From Phoronis australis (Eukaryota; Animalia; Phoronida): a stretch of DNA of 64,000 nucleotides. Under the pieces are notes generated by a model that made no database searches, had not been told where the DNA came from, and saw nothing but the letters and a program-made list of their open reading frames with translations. Positions 11,358-24,925 of this stretch are shown in pieces. The translations under genes and the position numbers were made by a program. The stretch covers positions 311,049 through 375,048 of the forward strand of contig NMRA01000161.1 of NCBI GenBank assembly GCA_002633005.1, written 5' to 3'. Within the stretch, counting starts at the first letter, position 1; the number at the start of each line of letters is the position of its first letter.

Positions 11358-12611
11358 AGTGGCATTTCCCTGGACACATTATTAGTGCTGTATTACACAT
11401 ATGAACAGTGTCTTACTGTTTTTGTACATCTGAAAGCTTTAAAAGTATATGTTTTTGCATTGCACAGTACGAAAGATTTATGACGTGGGTAAGGAAAGTA
11501 TAACAGAAATATAGTGGCAGATGGATAAAGTTCCGTACCGATTTTTCTTGAACATTCAGTGTATTTGCAGATTTTATTAATCATTCTTTTAACTTGCCAT
11601 TCATAATGGAGTTGAATTGGTTATAGAAGCATAGAAAACCTGCAAAAAAGTATTGAGCAGTAAATGTACAAAATGTTCAATATTCTGGCTGTCACCTTTT
11701 CTTTGCATAGTATTAAGGCTCTCTGCAGCTGACAAATGCCAGGCTCTGTGGTCTAATTGCTCCTTTAACAGTAGTTTTCCTGTGAATAAAAGATGGCAGT
11801 ACTAGTTAGATGACAAGCGACGTGGTCTCTAGAAACTGTAGTTCCGGTGGTTGCTTTCATTTTTACTGTATCCTTTGTCAACAGAAGTGTCTACACTGAT
11901 TGAATTTATTTAGACATCATTACAAACATGTAACAGCAAATGATAAGAAAACAATCTAAAAATTAATAAAGTATTTTTTCATTACCAATAAAATTGATGA
12001 CATGGTTTGCACAGACAAGCATTTAGCTTATTTTCGTCGTATCTAAATAAACAATTGAAATAATTGTTAAATGTTAAGTGATGTGACATGGAAATGGTGT
12101 TACAACTGCACAAAGACAAATATCAAAACACAAACGCATGTACACTGTATGGCACAGCTGAGAGAAAGGTAAACAATTCCATTCCATTTCTATGATACGC
12201 ATTTCATAAGTGTCAACACAAATGCATATATGGCACGGCTGAAAAAAGAGGTAAAATTAAGCAATTCCATGTTGATGATACACATTTTATAAGCTTCAGC
12301 AAGAGTTAGATGGTTTCACAATTGTGTACAGTATGTTGGAGATGTGTTCTTACTCTTGCTTTGAATTGAAACTGAATAAAATCTGAATAATTTTGACGGA
12401 GAATAATTTTGACAGACAATTTGTTCCATCGTGGCGTGGCAGTCAAATTCAAATGAAACTTGATTGTGAGATTTAACACAAGGCAGAGTGTTCTGGGTCA
12501 CTGTCATATCTCATATTCTGGGCAGATGGTGTTGAAAAGTTTTTGTGTACCTAATACAGAGTGCTCACATTTGCTGTGACTTTCCTCTCGCGTTCTCTCC
12601 ATTTTGTACAG

Positions 12612-12726
12612 GTATCCAGGAGAAGAACAGAGAGCAATAAGTCTGAGGATAATTCTGAAACACCCAAGAAACAAGGACGAGGTCGACCTAAGGGATCAGG
12701 TACCAAAGCAAAGGCAGCCCCTGAAG
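12612..12726 (+). CDS. C16orf87: C16orf87 homolog exon 4 (AT-hook-like motif)
   Basis: tgtacag, VSRRRTESNKSEDNSETPKKQGRGRPKGSGTKAKAAPE, gtacga. GRGRPK as in the human protein; phase 0/1 fits both neighbours. Confidence 0.88.
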
Positions 12727-13429
12727 GTACGACATATGTCTATAAAATGCTGCTGTGCGAACGTTACTGGAAACTGAGCACTATAAAATCTCGGGATGGT
12801 ATGATCCACATTTTTAGGACCTCGGTTCGTTTCTGGAGAAATTCAGTAAATTCCATTCTTTTTGTCAAAATAATTTATGTTTTGTCAAATGATCCTTGCC
12901 TCAGCAAAGACAGACTCCAAACAGGTTCTGGACGAAGCCATTTTTGTTTTGAAACATGTGACTTCACAGTGCTGGCTAGTAACAAAACTTGTATTTTCGA
13001 CCAGTTGGGGTAAAAAAATTTTATTATTATGATAAGATTCCAACTAATTAACAAGCCTGAAGTGTTCATTTGTTCAGTATCTCAATAATACTCTTCAAAA
13101 AGTACAAAGAAGTCCAACTTTGTTTGGCACCTAACTGCAGAAATTGGAACTAAGAATCTGTTCGTATTGGGCCTTGGGATTCGCTCTCACGATTCGATGA
13201 CAGTTGTTGAACCCTTGATAAATTGTGTAGTATCAAAAAATCTTATTTGATTTGACCACTTACATTGATAAGAATGGCTCAGTCAACCTGATGTTTTTAC
13301 AGATTTGCCGTGATTTATGGATTACGGATGAACTGACAGTTTGTTATTATCTTCCTAAAACCACTTTGAGGTGGCAACATAAGTCTAAACTCGTCTGTTT
13401 ATGCCCACTTTTAGCATATACACAACATT

Positions 13430-13640
13430 TCTATGTTGTAGCGTTCTTGGAGAAAACTAGTTTGGGTGTATGGTACACTCACAGTGGTTGTAGCGTTTTT
13501 GGAAAAACTAGTTTGTGTGTATGCTACACTCATGGTGGTTGACGAGGAGCATTTTTAAATTTTTTTCTTGGCGCAAGCTGGGATTGAACTAGAGACTTTT
13601 AGATTGTTGGTCCAGTTCTCTAAGCACTACACCACGGGGT
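13430..13640 (-). mobile_element. Degenerate tRNA-derived SINE with a ~52-bp tandem repeat in the body
   Basis: Minus strand reads CCCCGTGGTGTAGTGCTTAG...CTAGTTCAATCCCAGC (A-box and B-box-like). Two ~52-bp units start at 13435 and 13487. Confidence 0.55.
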
Positions 13641-14102
13641 TGTCCCGGTACTTCGAGGTAAATAATGAGTCAACCTTTTCAGAAATAATGAAGTTTGTTA
13701 TTGCTTGGAACCAAGCTCATTTGAGTCTAGCCAACTAACGTAGTCTGATCTCATTCAATTACAAACTGTCGGTTCTTCTGAAGCCAGAAAAATAATCACT
13801 TCTTGTCTGAATGAGGAATAAGTTAAGACCAAATTTGTTACAATGTGTGACCACATGTTAGTTGACATGACAGGAGATGGGATTACATGTAGCTTAAGAA
13901 AGACAGTATAATCTAACCGGTGAATTATATTTGTCAGTTTTTTGCCTTGAAGTTGTTAGATTTATGCTGCCAATAATGTTTATAGAACAACATTAATTTG
14001 CACCTATTACCATTCGAAGTAGGCTTTAGGGTATCAAACGTCTTTGACCAAGTGACTCATTTACTCAATGTACAGGGTCAGACAATTGGTATGTGAGACC
14101 TG

Positions 14103-14503
14103 GGCCCGGTCTCCAATCTATTTACTCGAAATGGAACTCGAAATTAGGTTTGGCATTTTCTACTCTACTTTTGGGCGAAATCAAGATAAGTGTCTATTAT
14201 TCTATGCTCGAGTACACAATAACCTACGTAGATAATTTATTGCCCTTAGTTCACAGTTTGTAAACCCAATATTAAAGCAATAAGTTCGAGTTTGAACTCG
14301 AAAATTCGAGTTTTTACTTGAGTTTGTAGCACGAATATAAGGGTCTTCAAGGGCAAACTTGAACTAGAAACTCCAATGCATAAATTATAATGTATTCGAG
14401 CACAATCTGATAACCAATTATCTTAAGTTTGCACAAAAGGAGCAGAGAAATTGCCAAAAATAGTTTCGAGTTCGTTTCGAGTACACAGATTAGAGACCGG
14501 GCC
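14103..14503. mobile_element. PIF/Harbinger-type MITE, 401 bp, with long imperfect TIRs and a CTG target-site duplication
   Basis: CTG|GGCCCGGTCTCCAATCT...AGATTAGAGACCGGGCC|CTG. Inverted similarity extends over 100 bp inward. GGC ends and a 3-bp CWG TSD fit Harbinger. Confidence 0.85.
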
Positions 14504-14640
14504 CTGAGCACTGTATTTGGTGGATGTGTAGGATGAAGGTTGTCTACAAATAAATCAACTTTTTGAGCTTACAGATAGACCTAATGATTCTCACATGCAA
14601 ATGTTGTTGCTCGTATTCAATTATGCCAATGTTTGCTCAG

Positions 14641-14822
14641 TTCCAGCAGGTGATGGTTCTTCAAATTCGTCCACCCCAGCTCAGTCAGTCTCGGACAAAG
14701 ACATTGAGAAAGATGATGAAAACCTATATACCAATCTTCCATTGGACAAACTTCAGCAATACTCGATCATCTTGTCAGAAATCAACCGGAAGTTCTGTGG
14801 ACAAAATTTTCAGCCAGTCTGA
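14641..14822 (+). CDS. C16orf87: C16orf87 homolog exon 5, terminal
   Basis: VPAGDGSS...DDENLYTNLPLDKLQQYSIILSEINRKFCGQNFQPV* (cf. human [24 protein letters not shown]). Three in-frame acceptors are possible. Confidence 0.9.
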
Positions 14823-17800
14823 CAAATGATGTGTTTGTGCAGTTAGCTGTGGAAGTTGTCAGGAACAGGATATCAAGACGGATAATTCTGCATCATGATT
14901 TCAACACATTTTTCGCTGGCCAACTGATGTTTAGCTTCTTTATTCTCCAGGTTCAGTCAGGTTATATTGTTCAAGACCAGAGTTTGGTCAAGCCATGTGA
15001 AAAGGGTGGTGACCTCTGTACATTTTATGGCATCTATAATACAAGCTCAGTAGAATTGCCCATCTAGGTAGCTGAGCACAAACAGAATTCACTGCCAAAG
15101 TAGCTGCAGTGATTAGACATCATAATGGATCATTGCCCATTGTAGTACATGGGCACCTACTACTCACTGGTTATTTCTGTAAGTAGTTAAAAGTGAGGAC
15201 TGGGGTGAAACGTTTTAAATTGCTCATTATTTGCCTTTGTTTTAAAATGTCTGCTCCCTTTGCTCTATGCAGTCTTAAAAGCCTTACATCAATCCACTAC
15301 CTCCAAAGGATGAATAATGTTTGATTTAGATCATACAATGAGGAAGGTACACTGTAAATGAGAGTTTTGGTTGTGAAATGTTCAGAGGGGGGGGGGGGGG
15401 GTATTTTCCTTGTCATTCCCAAGTGGGAATGCAATCTTCAGTCACATCAATCTTTTTCAGTTCTAGCCCTAAGCCTGGCTTGGTTCACTTCTAATTGAGG
15501 TCAGAAACAGTTTCTGAGCTTTTGCTGTGGTTACATGTATGTAATAGCCAGCCAGACTATCACCATAATACTGCTAGGTACTAGCTGTATTAAGACTTGT
15601 CATAATACAGCTAGGTACCACTGCGTCTTAAGCGCAGACAGACCTCGAAATTCCACACAGCCCATGTAGTTTTGTTTATCCTCTCGCCTTGAAACTTCTA
15701 TCAACATGTAGAGCTAAAGACCGGCGGGGTGCATGCAAAATCTGGGAGTCAACCGACACTCACCTTGCCCATTGCAGCTGTTAATAAGTGAAAAACAATC
15801 TAAGAAATGTCATTTTCTTGCGTACATGCAACTCTCCGCCTTTTGTTTTCGTCGTATTGAAAACGGTACGCTCGAGACACGCGCACGTATACCGTTTCCT
15901 AAACTTTTGCGACATCTCCCGCAAAATTTGTTCTGAAATTTTGGTTTGCTGGTATCAAAATTCTATAAACTTTAAAGTGGAACCAGTTCCGATAATTTGT
16001 TATGACGTGTACGCAACCTCTTGAAAGAACAACAATTCAATGAAGAATCGGCGGATAAAGAAACTAGCCACCAGGTAACCCATCATTTCATGGCGCCGAA
16101 AGCCGACGCAAAACATCGCACCACAATTTTAGCTGCAGAATAACGATAGAACGCCAGTTTTTTCATCACGGGTAACTAATTTTAAATTAGTTTACTCGAC
16201 AAGGAAAAGTGTAGTTTTTGTGACACTGATTTTGTGTCAGGTTTTACCCGGTCAGTTTTTTACCCGTAAACTTGGTATACAGCTTTGCGCCAAGTGTTCC
16301 TTAATCGAAATCGTCGAAGCTGCTGCCGTGAAAAACTTTAGCTTTTGCTCTATAGTCATAAGGTGACTTCGCAATCAAGTATTCATAATGTAAGATATAT
16401 ATGTATAGGAGCGATCTTATGTGTACTCAGGGGTCGTGGTAATGTACTTATTGTTTGAAGTCCTGCTTGCAAATTATTCACTGTTTGTGAGTCCAGTAAG
16501 CAATTAAGATGACTTTGTTAAGTGAACCATTACCTTAAATAGCCCAGCATGATAGATTTATTGTTTAGATTTTTTAAATATATGTTACCTATTCCTGGTT
16601 TTGTAATGCTGCTGACTGGCTGAAAATAAGTGGGACTTATCTCCTTTTTGCCCCTGGTTGACTCAGCTACATGTACGTCACAGTGTCACTGGCAGACTAA
16701 TGAGACAGGGTAATGGAGGACGTTTTGGAAGGACAAATGCCATGTGTGGATGAAACGAGACTTCGTTATTGGAACATTTCGATAAGTACACATGCAAATC
16801 GAGCCGATCGACAGCGTTCACAGGAAGTTATTTCGACTGTTCTGCTGTCAAAAAAACGCAGTGTTACAATTACCAACTGTTGACGCGCATCTTGCAAAGT
16901 TGATAAATGAACTTTTTCAGAGTTAAATAAAGATTATAATATTTAATGCTCTCGGAAATTTCTTTTAAGTCACTGGCTTTGATGAGCCGTAGTTTAGGAT
17001 CAGATTATTTCACTTCCAGTCAAACCGAGACACGAGTTTGCGACTTTACGCAGTCGAGGCCAAATAATGGTAAATCGTGGAGTGTATGATGAAGACCAAC
17101 TTGGTCATGTCGGCTGCATTGACGAAAGTCGTGGACAGACAACGTACCCATCACTTGAGCAGTGCCAACAATGCTCGCTTAACAGCTTAGATGCAACTGG
17201 GAGTGAGTTTCATATGCTGTGATAAGATAGAGTGGACTATAAATCCGTGTTTCGCCAAAGAAGCAGATATTTATTTTGATTTATAACGCTGACTGCAATA
17301 AAATTAATCTCTTGGTCCGTACTTGGGTGAGAAGTGATTTCTCAGAGCGTAGGTGAATCCAAGGGGGTCTGGGCACCCTTTTTCCATTTAATTTAGCGAC
17401 ATCAACTCTAGAACTTTTCAAATTCGTAACTTTGAGTCCCCTGTTTAAAAAATCCTTGATCCGACGCCCTTTTAAAAGCCTGGATCCGCCCCCAGAGAGG
17501 TGACACCTAGTCATTATTCTTGGCAATTGAAATGACGCCGCGATACCCCAACTTCTAGGCTTTGAACGGACTCGAGCAATAACTGTTGCTTCATTGGAAA
17601 TCCTGAAATTTCTTGTATGAATTTTATGACCAGCAAATTAGGACCAATTTCAGCGAGTTCTAAAATCATCGAAATCATCAGTTCATCTTTATCATTGATG
17701 TAAGACAGAAATGTCTTTTGTTAACTTTTCGTCGAGAAATAGGTGTTAACATTTAAAAATTTGGTTGTAAAGTAAGATACAACGTCAACAGACTTGATTA

Positions 17801-17926
17801 TCTAATTGTTGCTAATTACGCCAGCAGTGATTTATCTCCGGACTTGTCGACAGGCTTGTCCTGGCGCCTGCAGGCTTCCGGGAAATGGTAGGTCTTCCAC
17901 GTACTTGTACTTGTACGAGCGTAAAC

Positions 17927-18043
17927 ATGGGCGGCGCACCATATGGGGCTGGAATAGCTGCGCCGCCCATGGTTTATAGGCGGTGCACCACAGGGGGCTG
18001 GGAGGGTTTAGCCCCTCACTTTTTTAGTGCTGCGCCGCCCATG
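17927..18043. mobile_element. Tiny hAT-like MITE pair with CATGGGCGGCGC...GCGCCGCCCATG termini; dispersed family
   Basis: Related copies near 20051-20140, 49936-50000, 50807-50860, 55265-55406 and 58092-58167. Superfamily is inferred only from the CA...TG ends; no TSD confirmed. Confidence 0.6.
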
Positions 18044-21000
18044 CTAAAAAGACTGATTTTTTTTATTTCCATGCGTACTTTTTGTCTGTTTTTCATAATT
18101 TTTGTCATGTTCATCGTTATTGCCGAGTTGTAAGTGCCTGTATCCGTGGCCGCTGGGCTGGATTCCTCGGATTGCCGGTGAACCTTGTTTGGGCGATTTC
18201 AGGTTGAGCTGGAATTGGAATGACTGATCAGTTACTCGACACTAAACTATGACTGGCTCACCTATGTAATAGTGACTTCATTAGGCAAGAGAAACTAGGA
18301 CACTGACAAACTTTGCTCTGGAATTTGAAGTTTTCCGTTCATTTTGTAAAACAATTACCTAGCCTTGATAGGGTTAGATTTGACCTGGTCTCAGTGATCA
18401 ATTCAAACTTGACTGGAAACGGAAAACAGCCCAGTTGGAACTACAGTTTTAAAGTGTGCATTTGCTTCGAGTTATTCGCTTGACGAATGGAGTAAGCGCA
18501 TGCAAGACCAATTGTTACTTGAAAACTCGACAGCTCATATGTTATCTAAAGGACAAATCGAGTTTTGTTCGGTTATAGTAACATGTCAAAAATCTAGTGA
18601 AGTCCACATACATGTCAACCATACGGGAATTGCGTTTTTGCTACGTGTTTTTTCCATTTTGTACGGTAGTGCTACGGCGAAGCGCCAAAATGTTAGGTAT
18701 ATTCGGGAATTATTACGCATTTTTGCCGTTGTTCATGATGAAGGTTCTAAACCTTAGCTTCGGCTTTTACTGGCAATCTATTTTGTCGAAAATCTCATGT
18801 CACGAGCCTTGCTTGACGGGCCAAAGGAGTTACCAAGGGGTATTACAACACTTGTAGCTACTAGTCGTAAGAGCCCCTAACACTATAGCTAGGTAAGTAG
18901 GTAAATGCAATGCCAACATTTGACCATATTTTGACTCGTTATCCTCAGTGCTATGGTTTGCTATGGTTTTTAACAAAAATTCCTTTGGTTACTGAGAGAT
19001 AAAATGGTTGATATATATGTAGGCCTATGAGTCCAGCATGTTAAAGCGGCTGTAATCTCGATCGCCTTCTGCTTACCGTCACGAACACATTTTGATTTAC
19101 TAGACCATGGTCACTTTTATCGTCACGAATTTGATCTCAAAATGCTCCTTAGCCACTGCAATTCCTGTTTCGGGAAGAGCTGGCAGTTCGCTGTTGCTTG
19201 AGGCACATTGATTTAATTGTCACGGAGTGTTGATTTTATTTTATTCGACGAGCTTCAGTGCATGGTTTCGAGCAAGAGCGATTTGTAGGAAATCACTTCT
19301 CATTTTATGGCTCCCTAAGTGGTCTGAATCAAAAACTATTTTCTCCAGACCGCTTGCTCAATACGTTTGTAGCAATTCTTGTTCGGAATGGAATTCATAT
19401 AGCCGGTGCGCTCCCCCCCCGCCCCCCGGCCCACCACTCGTGGTAGCGCTCAATATATCCCATTACATTGCTTTCTTTACTTGGCGATTCAGACTCTTAT
19501 AGCCATAGCTATATAATTGTTGGTACAACGCGTTTTGTGCGCTTACCGACTCAATGGTACTGTTCAATGATAATTTCAAAGGCGTTTTGTTATTTTTCCC
19601 AGGCGATTATACACCGAACAGAAAAACAACTGTTTGTTTGGAAATATTTGCGCTTCAGCGGAGTTCTTTTCTTTAGCCCTATTGAAAACACGTCCCTTCT
19701 AGCACAAAGCATGAAGTCAACGTCAATCTGGCTGATTTTCTGCCTTCATCGAGTTGTTTGGTGACTGCACTTTCCATAGCAAGTCGATCCCTTGGGCTCG
19801 CGAATATGACGTGCGATATCGCTGGAAGCGTGCTGACGGCCTTGCGTGGACTGAAGTTCCTGCTACCACTGAGGATCAGAAGGTACACAGGGTAAGTGTG
19901 AAATGTATGTTTCGCTGACAAAAAGTAAGCAATCCTTTACGTCGGTACCCGTGTAGCGAGATACTGTAGAACTTCTGTCACCCGGCAATGGTAGTTATGG
20001 CATACATGTAGATACTCGTTATGTTTAGTCTAAGGTTATGGCACAGCCGCGTGGGTGGTGCACCACGTCACACAGGGGGCTGGGTGCTGCAGCCCCCCCC
20101 CCCTCACTTACAGTATATTTCAGTGCTAGCTGCACCGCTCAGTTTAAGCATAAGCAAATCGTGTTGCTAGGGGGTGGGAGTTAGTTTTCAGGTAGCAGTC
20201 ATGCTACAGTAGTCCACCGCGATAATTTCAATGGGCCGGTGCTGGCAAATCGGGTGGGTACTTCAGAAGTTGACATCGTGCTGTCGTGGCAGATCAGGGA
20301 TATTGTGATTACGGGGCCTGGCGGTTGAATTGTTCAGAGTTGGGACTGGCCAGGAATAGTATAAAATTGAAATGTCTGGAGAAGGTGTCACTGAAACTCT
20401 CAGGGATTTTGGTGGCGTCAGCCCGGGATGATTGGAAGAAATCTTTCCAAGTACTGCGCTGAGAGTTTGGAAATGTAAAGATTGAAGAACAAATTGCACC
20501 CCAACCGACTGTGCGCATGCTCGTTGGGACTTGTGTAACTACACAGTTTAAGTCTCCATCACTTAGCTAGTTTGGAGATCTTTTGCTGAGACAAAGTGAA
20601 CGAAAATGGGAAAATCAGGCTCATAAAAACGACCAGAGCGACCATTTCACGCTGTGTCCATCGATGGTTTCGTCATCAGCTATAGTAAAGATACTATAAA
20701 ATCTTTGGCTATAGTGTGCCCTAACTCGACGGGGGGAGGGGTGCGTAAAGCATGACTGCTCCCCGGCCTTGGTAGTGTTTCTGAAGAGCGTATCATACGT
20801 TATTTTAATTACACCAAACGTTTATGTGCGGCATGACCGCGTTCTCTAAAATTAAATTATTTAATAGGTAGTAAAGACATGTATATAATTGTTCTTGACA
20901 CTACAATATAAAAGTTATGTTCTTCAAATATGCCGTGCAGTTTGGGATTGGTTGGACGCAAGAAATATAAGATTTACGTGAAATAAGGCGACATGTTAAT

Positions 21001-24000
21001 TATGCGACGTGTATTTTCAGAACTTCACTAACGGCGAGATAAGATTACCGTTAGCATTTGAGGCGTCGTCTATCCATAACAAAATTCAAAGGCTTCGGAA
21101 CCCTGGTTAGCTTACAACTGACATTTCTTAAAATGTCAATATTGAAAATCTATTGGGTTTTATAGCGGTGAATGTGAACTTGAAGCCGTTTGAATGCAAC
21201 GAGCTGACTTGATCGATTGCTGGTCACGTTCCCATCTGTGACCGTATTGAGACCATTGTGTCAAAATCCAATGTTCTCAACGTATTTAAGGCTGGCAATT
21301 GGGGGAAAAATAAAGTGCGTGTGCATCGGTAAAGAAAGTTAATAGCATCGCGCGAGGTACAGGCATGATGTGCCGTTGGCATACTACATGTACAGTAGAG
21401 TGACGGCGTCCTGAGGATTGACTTATAACACAATGCATCTTGAAAATCGAAGGTATATTGAAGTGGTGTTACTTTCCAGGAATTCAAATGAGACACTTCG
21501 ATCAATGATATTTTTAGATAGTCCTCAAAGAATTTAAATGGTTTTACTGAGCTGTCATCCAACAGTTCGCAATATATACCGAGTGTTCATCTTATGGTGA
21601 CACTTTTTTGGTAACTTGAGAAAACAGTAAAAATTTGGTTTGATTCAAAGGAATAAAGGGATCTAACCTGTTTGCAAAAAACGAACAACTTCCTTGTTTA
21701 TTTGTCGCGACATTTTTGAAGTAAGCGTGGGCGTAGTTTTCTTGATTACGCTTCTTATACAGGAGAATACGAAGCCAACGGTTGCGTTTCCACAGCAACC
21801 GCGCTGAAAGCCTCGCATTCTACATGTCTTAACTGCGATCACTCGGTATCATCGTTTAGTTTTCGCCTATTACAACGCTCCCTATCTGCCTACAACGCAA
21901 TTATTCAAAATTTGTTATGGGCAAATTCACTCATTCCTGAGAATACTTTTTGTTATTTTTGTGAAACTGATAATGTATTCCTTAACTATTTTGTGTGTCA
22001 AAATAGTGTTGGAAATAAATGCTACCCACATGTTGCTGCACTTAAGTTGAAATATAGTACTTGGTAGAGTTCAGTAGGACCTCTCCAGAAAAGCAAGACA
22101 TCGTGAGATTACGCCAGATGTTGTCGTGTATTTCAAACGAGAACACGCGAGACAGCTACTGAAAACTAACCCGATTTCTAATTACCTCTTCTTTGATATT
22201 GAAATTTATCAGCTACCCCTCGATTACGTTTAGAATGCTTCAGTGGATTTCCATCTATGCTATCCATCTACGCGATATTAGTAAATCAAATTTATTAGAC
22301 AAACACTTGTTACTTCAGATAGAATACCCGTTGGTTTAATTACTATTGGTTGGCCTCTAAATATAATTGCCGAATTTCCCCCAAAGGTCTTCCATCTACA
22401 TGGGAAAATGTAATTCTACTGTGCCAGGTGTTTATGTGTTGACGAATAACCTGCTGCTACTGAATGCTGTTGCAAGTTTTGTTGTAGCTGCATCGGGGAT
22501 ACTCCCAAGTAGACCCGACTCGCGGTAGAGGGTTATACGTACCACTCTGACGAAAGGGTGACTTTTTCAAGTCGGCAATGTGTCCCCTAAAGAGTGCCTT
22601 TGTAGATAACGTTCCATGCGAATGGGCACCTTTGGTCTGTGATGAAATTCCACACAACAGGGTGTACTATCCTGGCAACCCATAGGTACTTTAGGTGTTC
22701 GAAACTCCACAAAGAGACTCTTTTTCCAGTTGCTAATGTCCACAGAGGGTTAAACTTTTATGATTATTAACTATATTTTTAAAATTTTAATTGAACAATT
22801 TCGACAGTCGGCATGTCTTCATGGACTTTTTAAAGATTTTAAGCATTAAAGTCCATTAAGAAATGAGCTGCTCGAGAACCACTACGAAAAGCTTAGGCTT
22901 ATAGTATCTGCGTGTACCCCTACATAGGTAAATGCGCGGTGTTTGTGGAACAAGGTTTATGAAAGGATGACTCTTTCCGTTATGACGAAAGATTCCTGCA
23001 AATGAACCCCTTTTTCGAATCCACTTTTTAAATGGGGGACGACATTCTAGTTTAATATTTTGGTATTCGTCTTTTAGTGTGGTTACAGTATTTCATGCTT
23101 ATATCAGCACTCTGCCCTTGCTTTCTTTCAATGTAACTTATTGGCTTGAAATTCTCTGAGCTTGTAAACACTTCTCAGCCCCCGTAAACACGGCTCACGG
23201 ACTCCTTGCCGAGCCATACACGTTTACGCAGTCATTGAGACGCGCATTATGGGCGCCTAAGACGTGTTTTATGAGTGCAGGTCCGTGTTTGCGAGTCAAT
23301 GACCTGAGTGGGCAAATCCGGCAAACCAGTTCATGAGCGGTGACCGGCGGTTCTAATAGCGTGTGTGTCGTCGACTGTAAAAAATTAACTTTCTAACTTC
23401 CTGACAGACATTTGTAACTAAAGTCCAAGTTAAGGTGGTCTTGGTGTGAAGATGACGTTAAAAGTTACACCGAGTCTTTGCCCCCAAATAGTGTAGGCCA
23501 GAATGCAACATGCGTGTTATTTAAACAACAGAAGAATGAAGACCAACTCAGCAGGAGATGGCGATATATTTTACTACCGACTCTTTATTTATTCAATTCG
23601 TAATATAATGAACGTTATTTTGTCCCCCGTCATAATTATGTTGTTCCCTGCTTTGTGTCTGTGTTATGAAAATATCCCCCTCGAACCACCTCTGCAGAGA
23701 GACGAAAAGGTCGTTTAAATTTCAACAAACATTAGCATTCCCATAACATTCCCCTATTGTGAATTGTCTTTGTTGCTATGTTTTGTATGAACACTCTATT
23801 GGTTATATTAAAATCAGTCCGTAACCTACTTATGCCACGCATGGCGACCAATGAAAATACCTTGGCGTTTTGATATTCTCGACGGTCTTTTATTTGTTTT
23901 TTCAGGTATGTTGAATAACGTATTCCTTTTCGGGTCTTGCGCACGACGAGAAGTCGATATTTGCCAGACAACCTCGGAAGAACAGTGTTTTAGCCGCTAT

Positions 24001-24169
24001 CAGGAAAGGACGTTCACCGAACTAAGGACGTTTGTTTGCCTGTCACTAAACGCAAAACAATCGTTTAATTAACAGAATAAATCGGCGTGAAAATCGCTAT
24101 CAGATTACAAGAAAGGATTTGCAAAGCCGAAGGATTACGGTCTTTATCGCTGACGATTGCTCAAGGTTT

Positions 24170-24925
24170 ATGTCAAGAATGAAAGAGAACGATTTTACGC
24201 TAACTTACAGAGAAATGGAGGAAATACGTAAACGTGAACGATTGAAGCTGCAGTATAAACACTATCGTGAACGGCCATTTTCAGAATTTCTATCGCCAGA
24301 GGCGCGAATGGCGATGAAAATGGTTATGCAGGAAAAATTAGTGAACTCAACGGTTAATCATATTGACGAGGAGGACCTTAACTGTAACACGAAAGGAAAT
24401 CTAAAGAAAGACGTGGTGTTGGCTGGTTCTCGGCAACGACTCAGGGTATCGTTTCAAACTGACTGTGAAGTACCCGTTCATGCTGGCTCATCGAAAACCC
24501 AATCGGCAATTTACGGAAGTCGAAAAATGGCTGATGGAACTAAACTATCCGGCGTTCAACACGAAAAGCGTTGCCACGACGACTCTTTGACTAAAGAAAT
24601 GAACGATGACGTTCCTGGAAAACTGAAAAGGGCTGCAACAATATCGGAGATTTATCAAAAAAGTTCATTTAAAATCGAAGGCGATATAACGGATAGCAAT
24701 TACGTGAATGTCAAAACGAAATTTCGGACTCTGGACGGTCGCAAGCCCGGTAATTCTTTAGAAACTGTTGAAATTGTGAACGCTGATGATTCAAGTCCCA
24801 AAGACTGCATTGATGAGTTTGCTATCGAAGAGACAGCGAGAAAAAATGCCGTCGAAAAATGTCTAGTATGGATGGAAGCGAACGAGGCAATTGATGAGGA
24901 CATGTTACCGTTACTAGCCGAGTAA
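24170..24925 (+). CDS. Intronless ~251-aa protein with PRR18-family-like motifs
   Basis: Longest ORF in the window. RPFSEFLSPEARMAMK...EK and RKNAVEKCLVWM resemble the two PRR18 blocks as I recall them (RFSLSLTPEA... and A..KC.EWL). Coding status is likely; family call is from memory. Confidence 0.65.
   Translation: MSRMKENDFTLTYREMEEIRKRERLKLQYKHYRERPFSEFLSPEARMAMKMVMQEKLVNSTVNHIDEEDLNCNTKGNLKKDVVLAGSRQRLRVSFQTDCEVPVHAGSSKTQSAIYGSRKMADGTKLSGVQHEKRCHDDSLTKEMNDDVPGKLKRAATISEIYQKSSFKIEGDITDSNYVNVKTKFRTLDGRKPGNSLETVEIVNADDSSPKDCIDEFAIEETARKNAVEKCLVWMEANEAIDEDMLPLLAE

Larger units (their letters stand above)
9300..11479 (+). repeat. Copy B of the ~2.1-kb duplication
   Basis: Aligns to 6764-8856 and continues into unique intron sequence toward exon 4. 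Confidence 0.9.

Noticed and set aside
17085-17112. Hammerhead-like TGATGAAGACC...GGTC here, and a similar one on the minus strand at ~22790-22825
   Set aside because: The first lacks the GAAA box and the second lacks an intact CUGANGA. Too degenerate to call.
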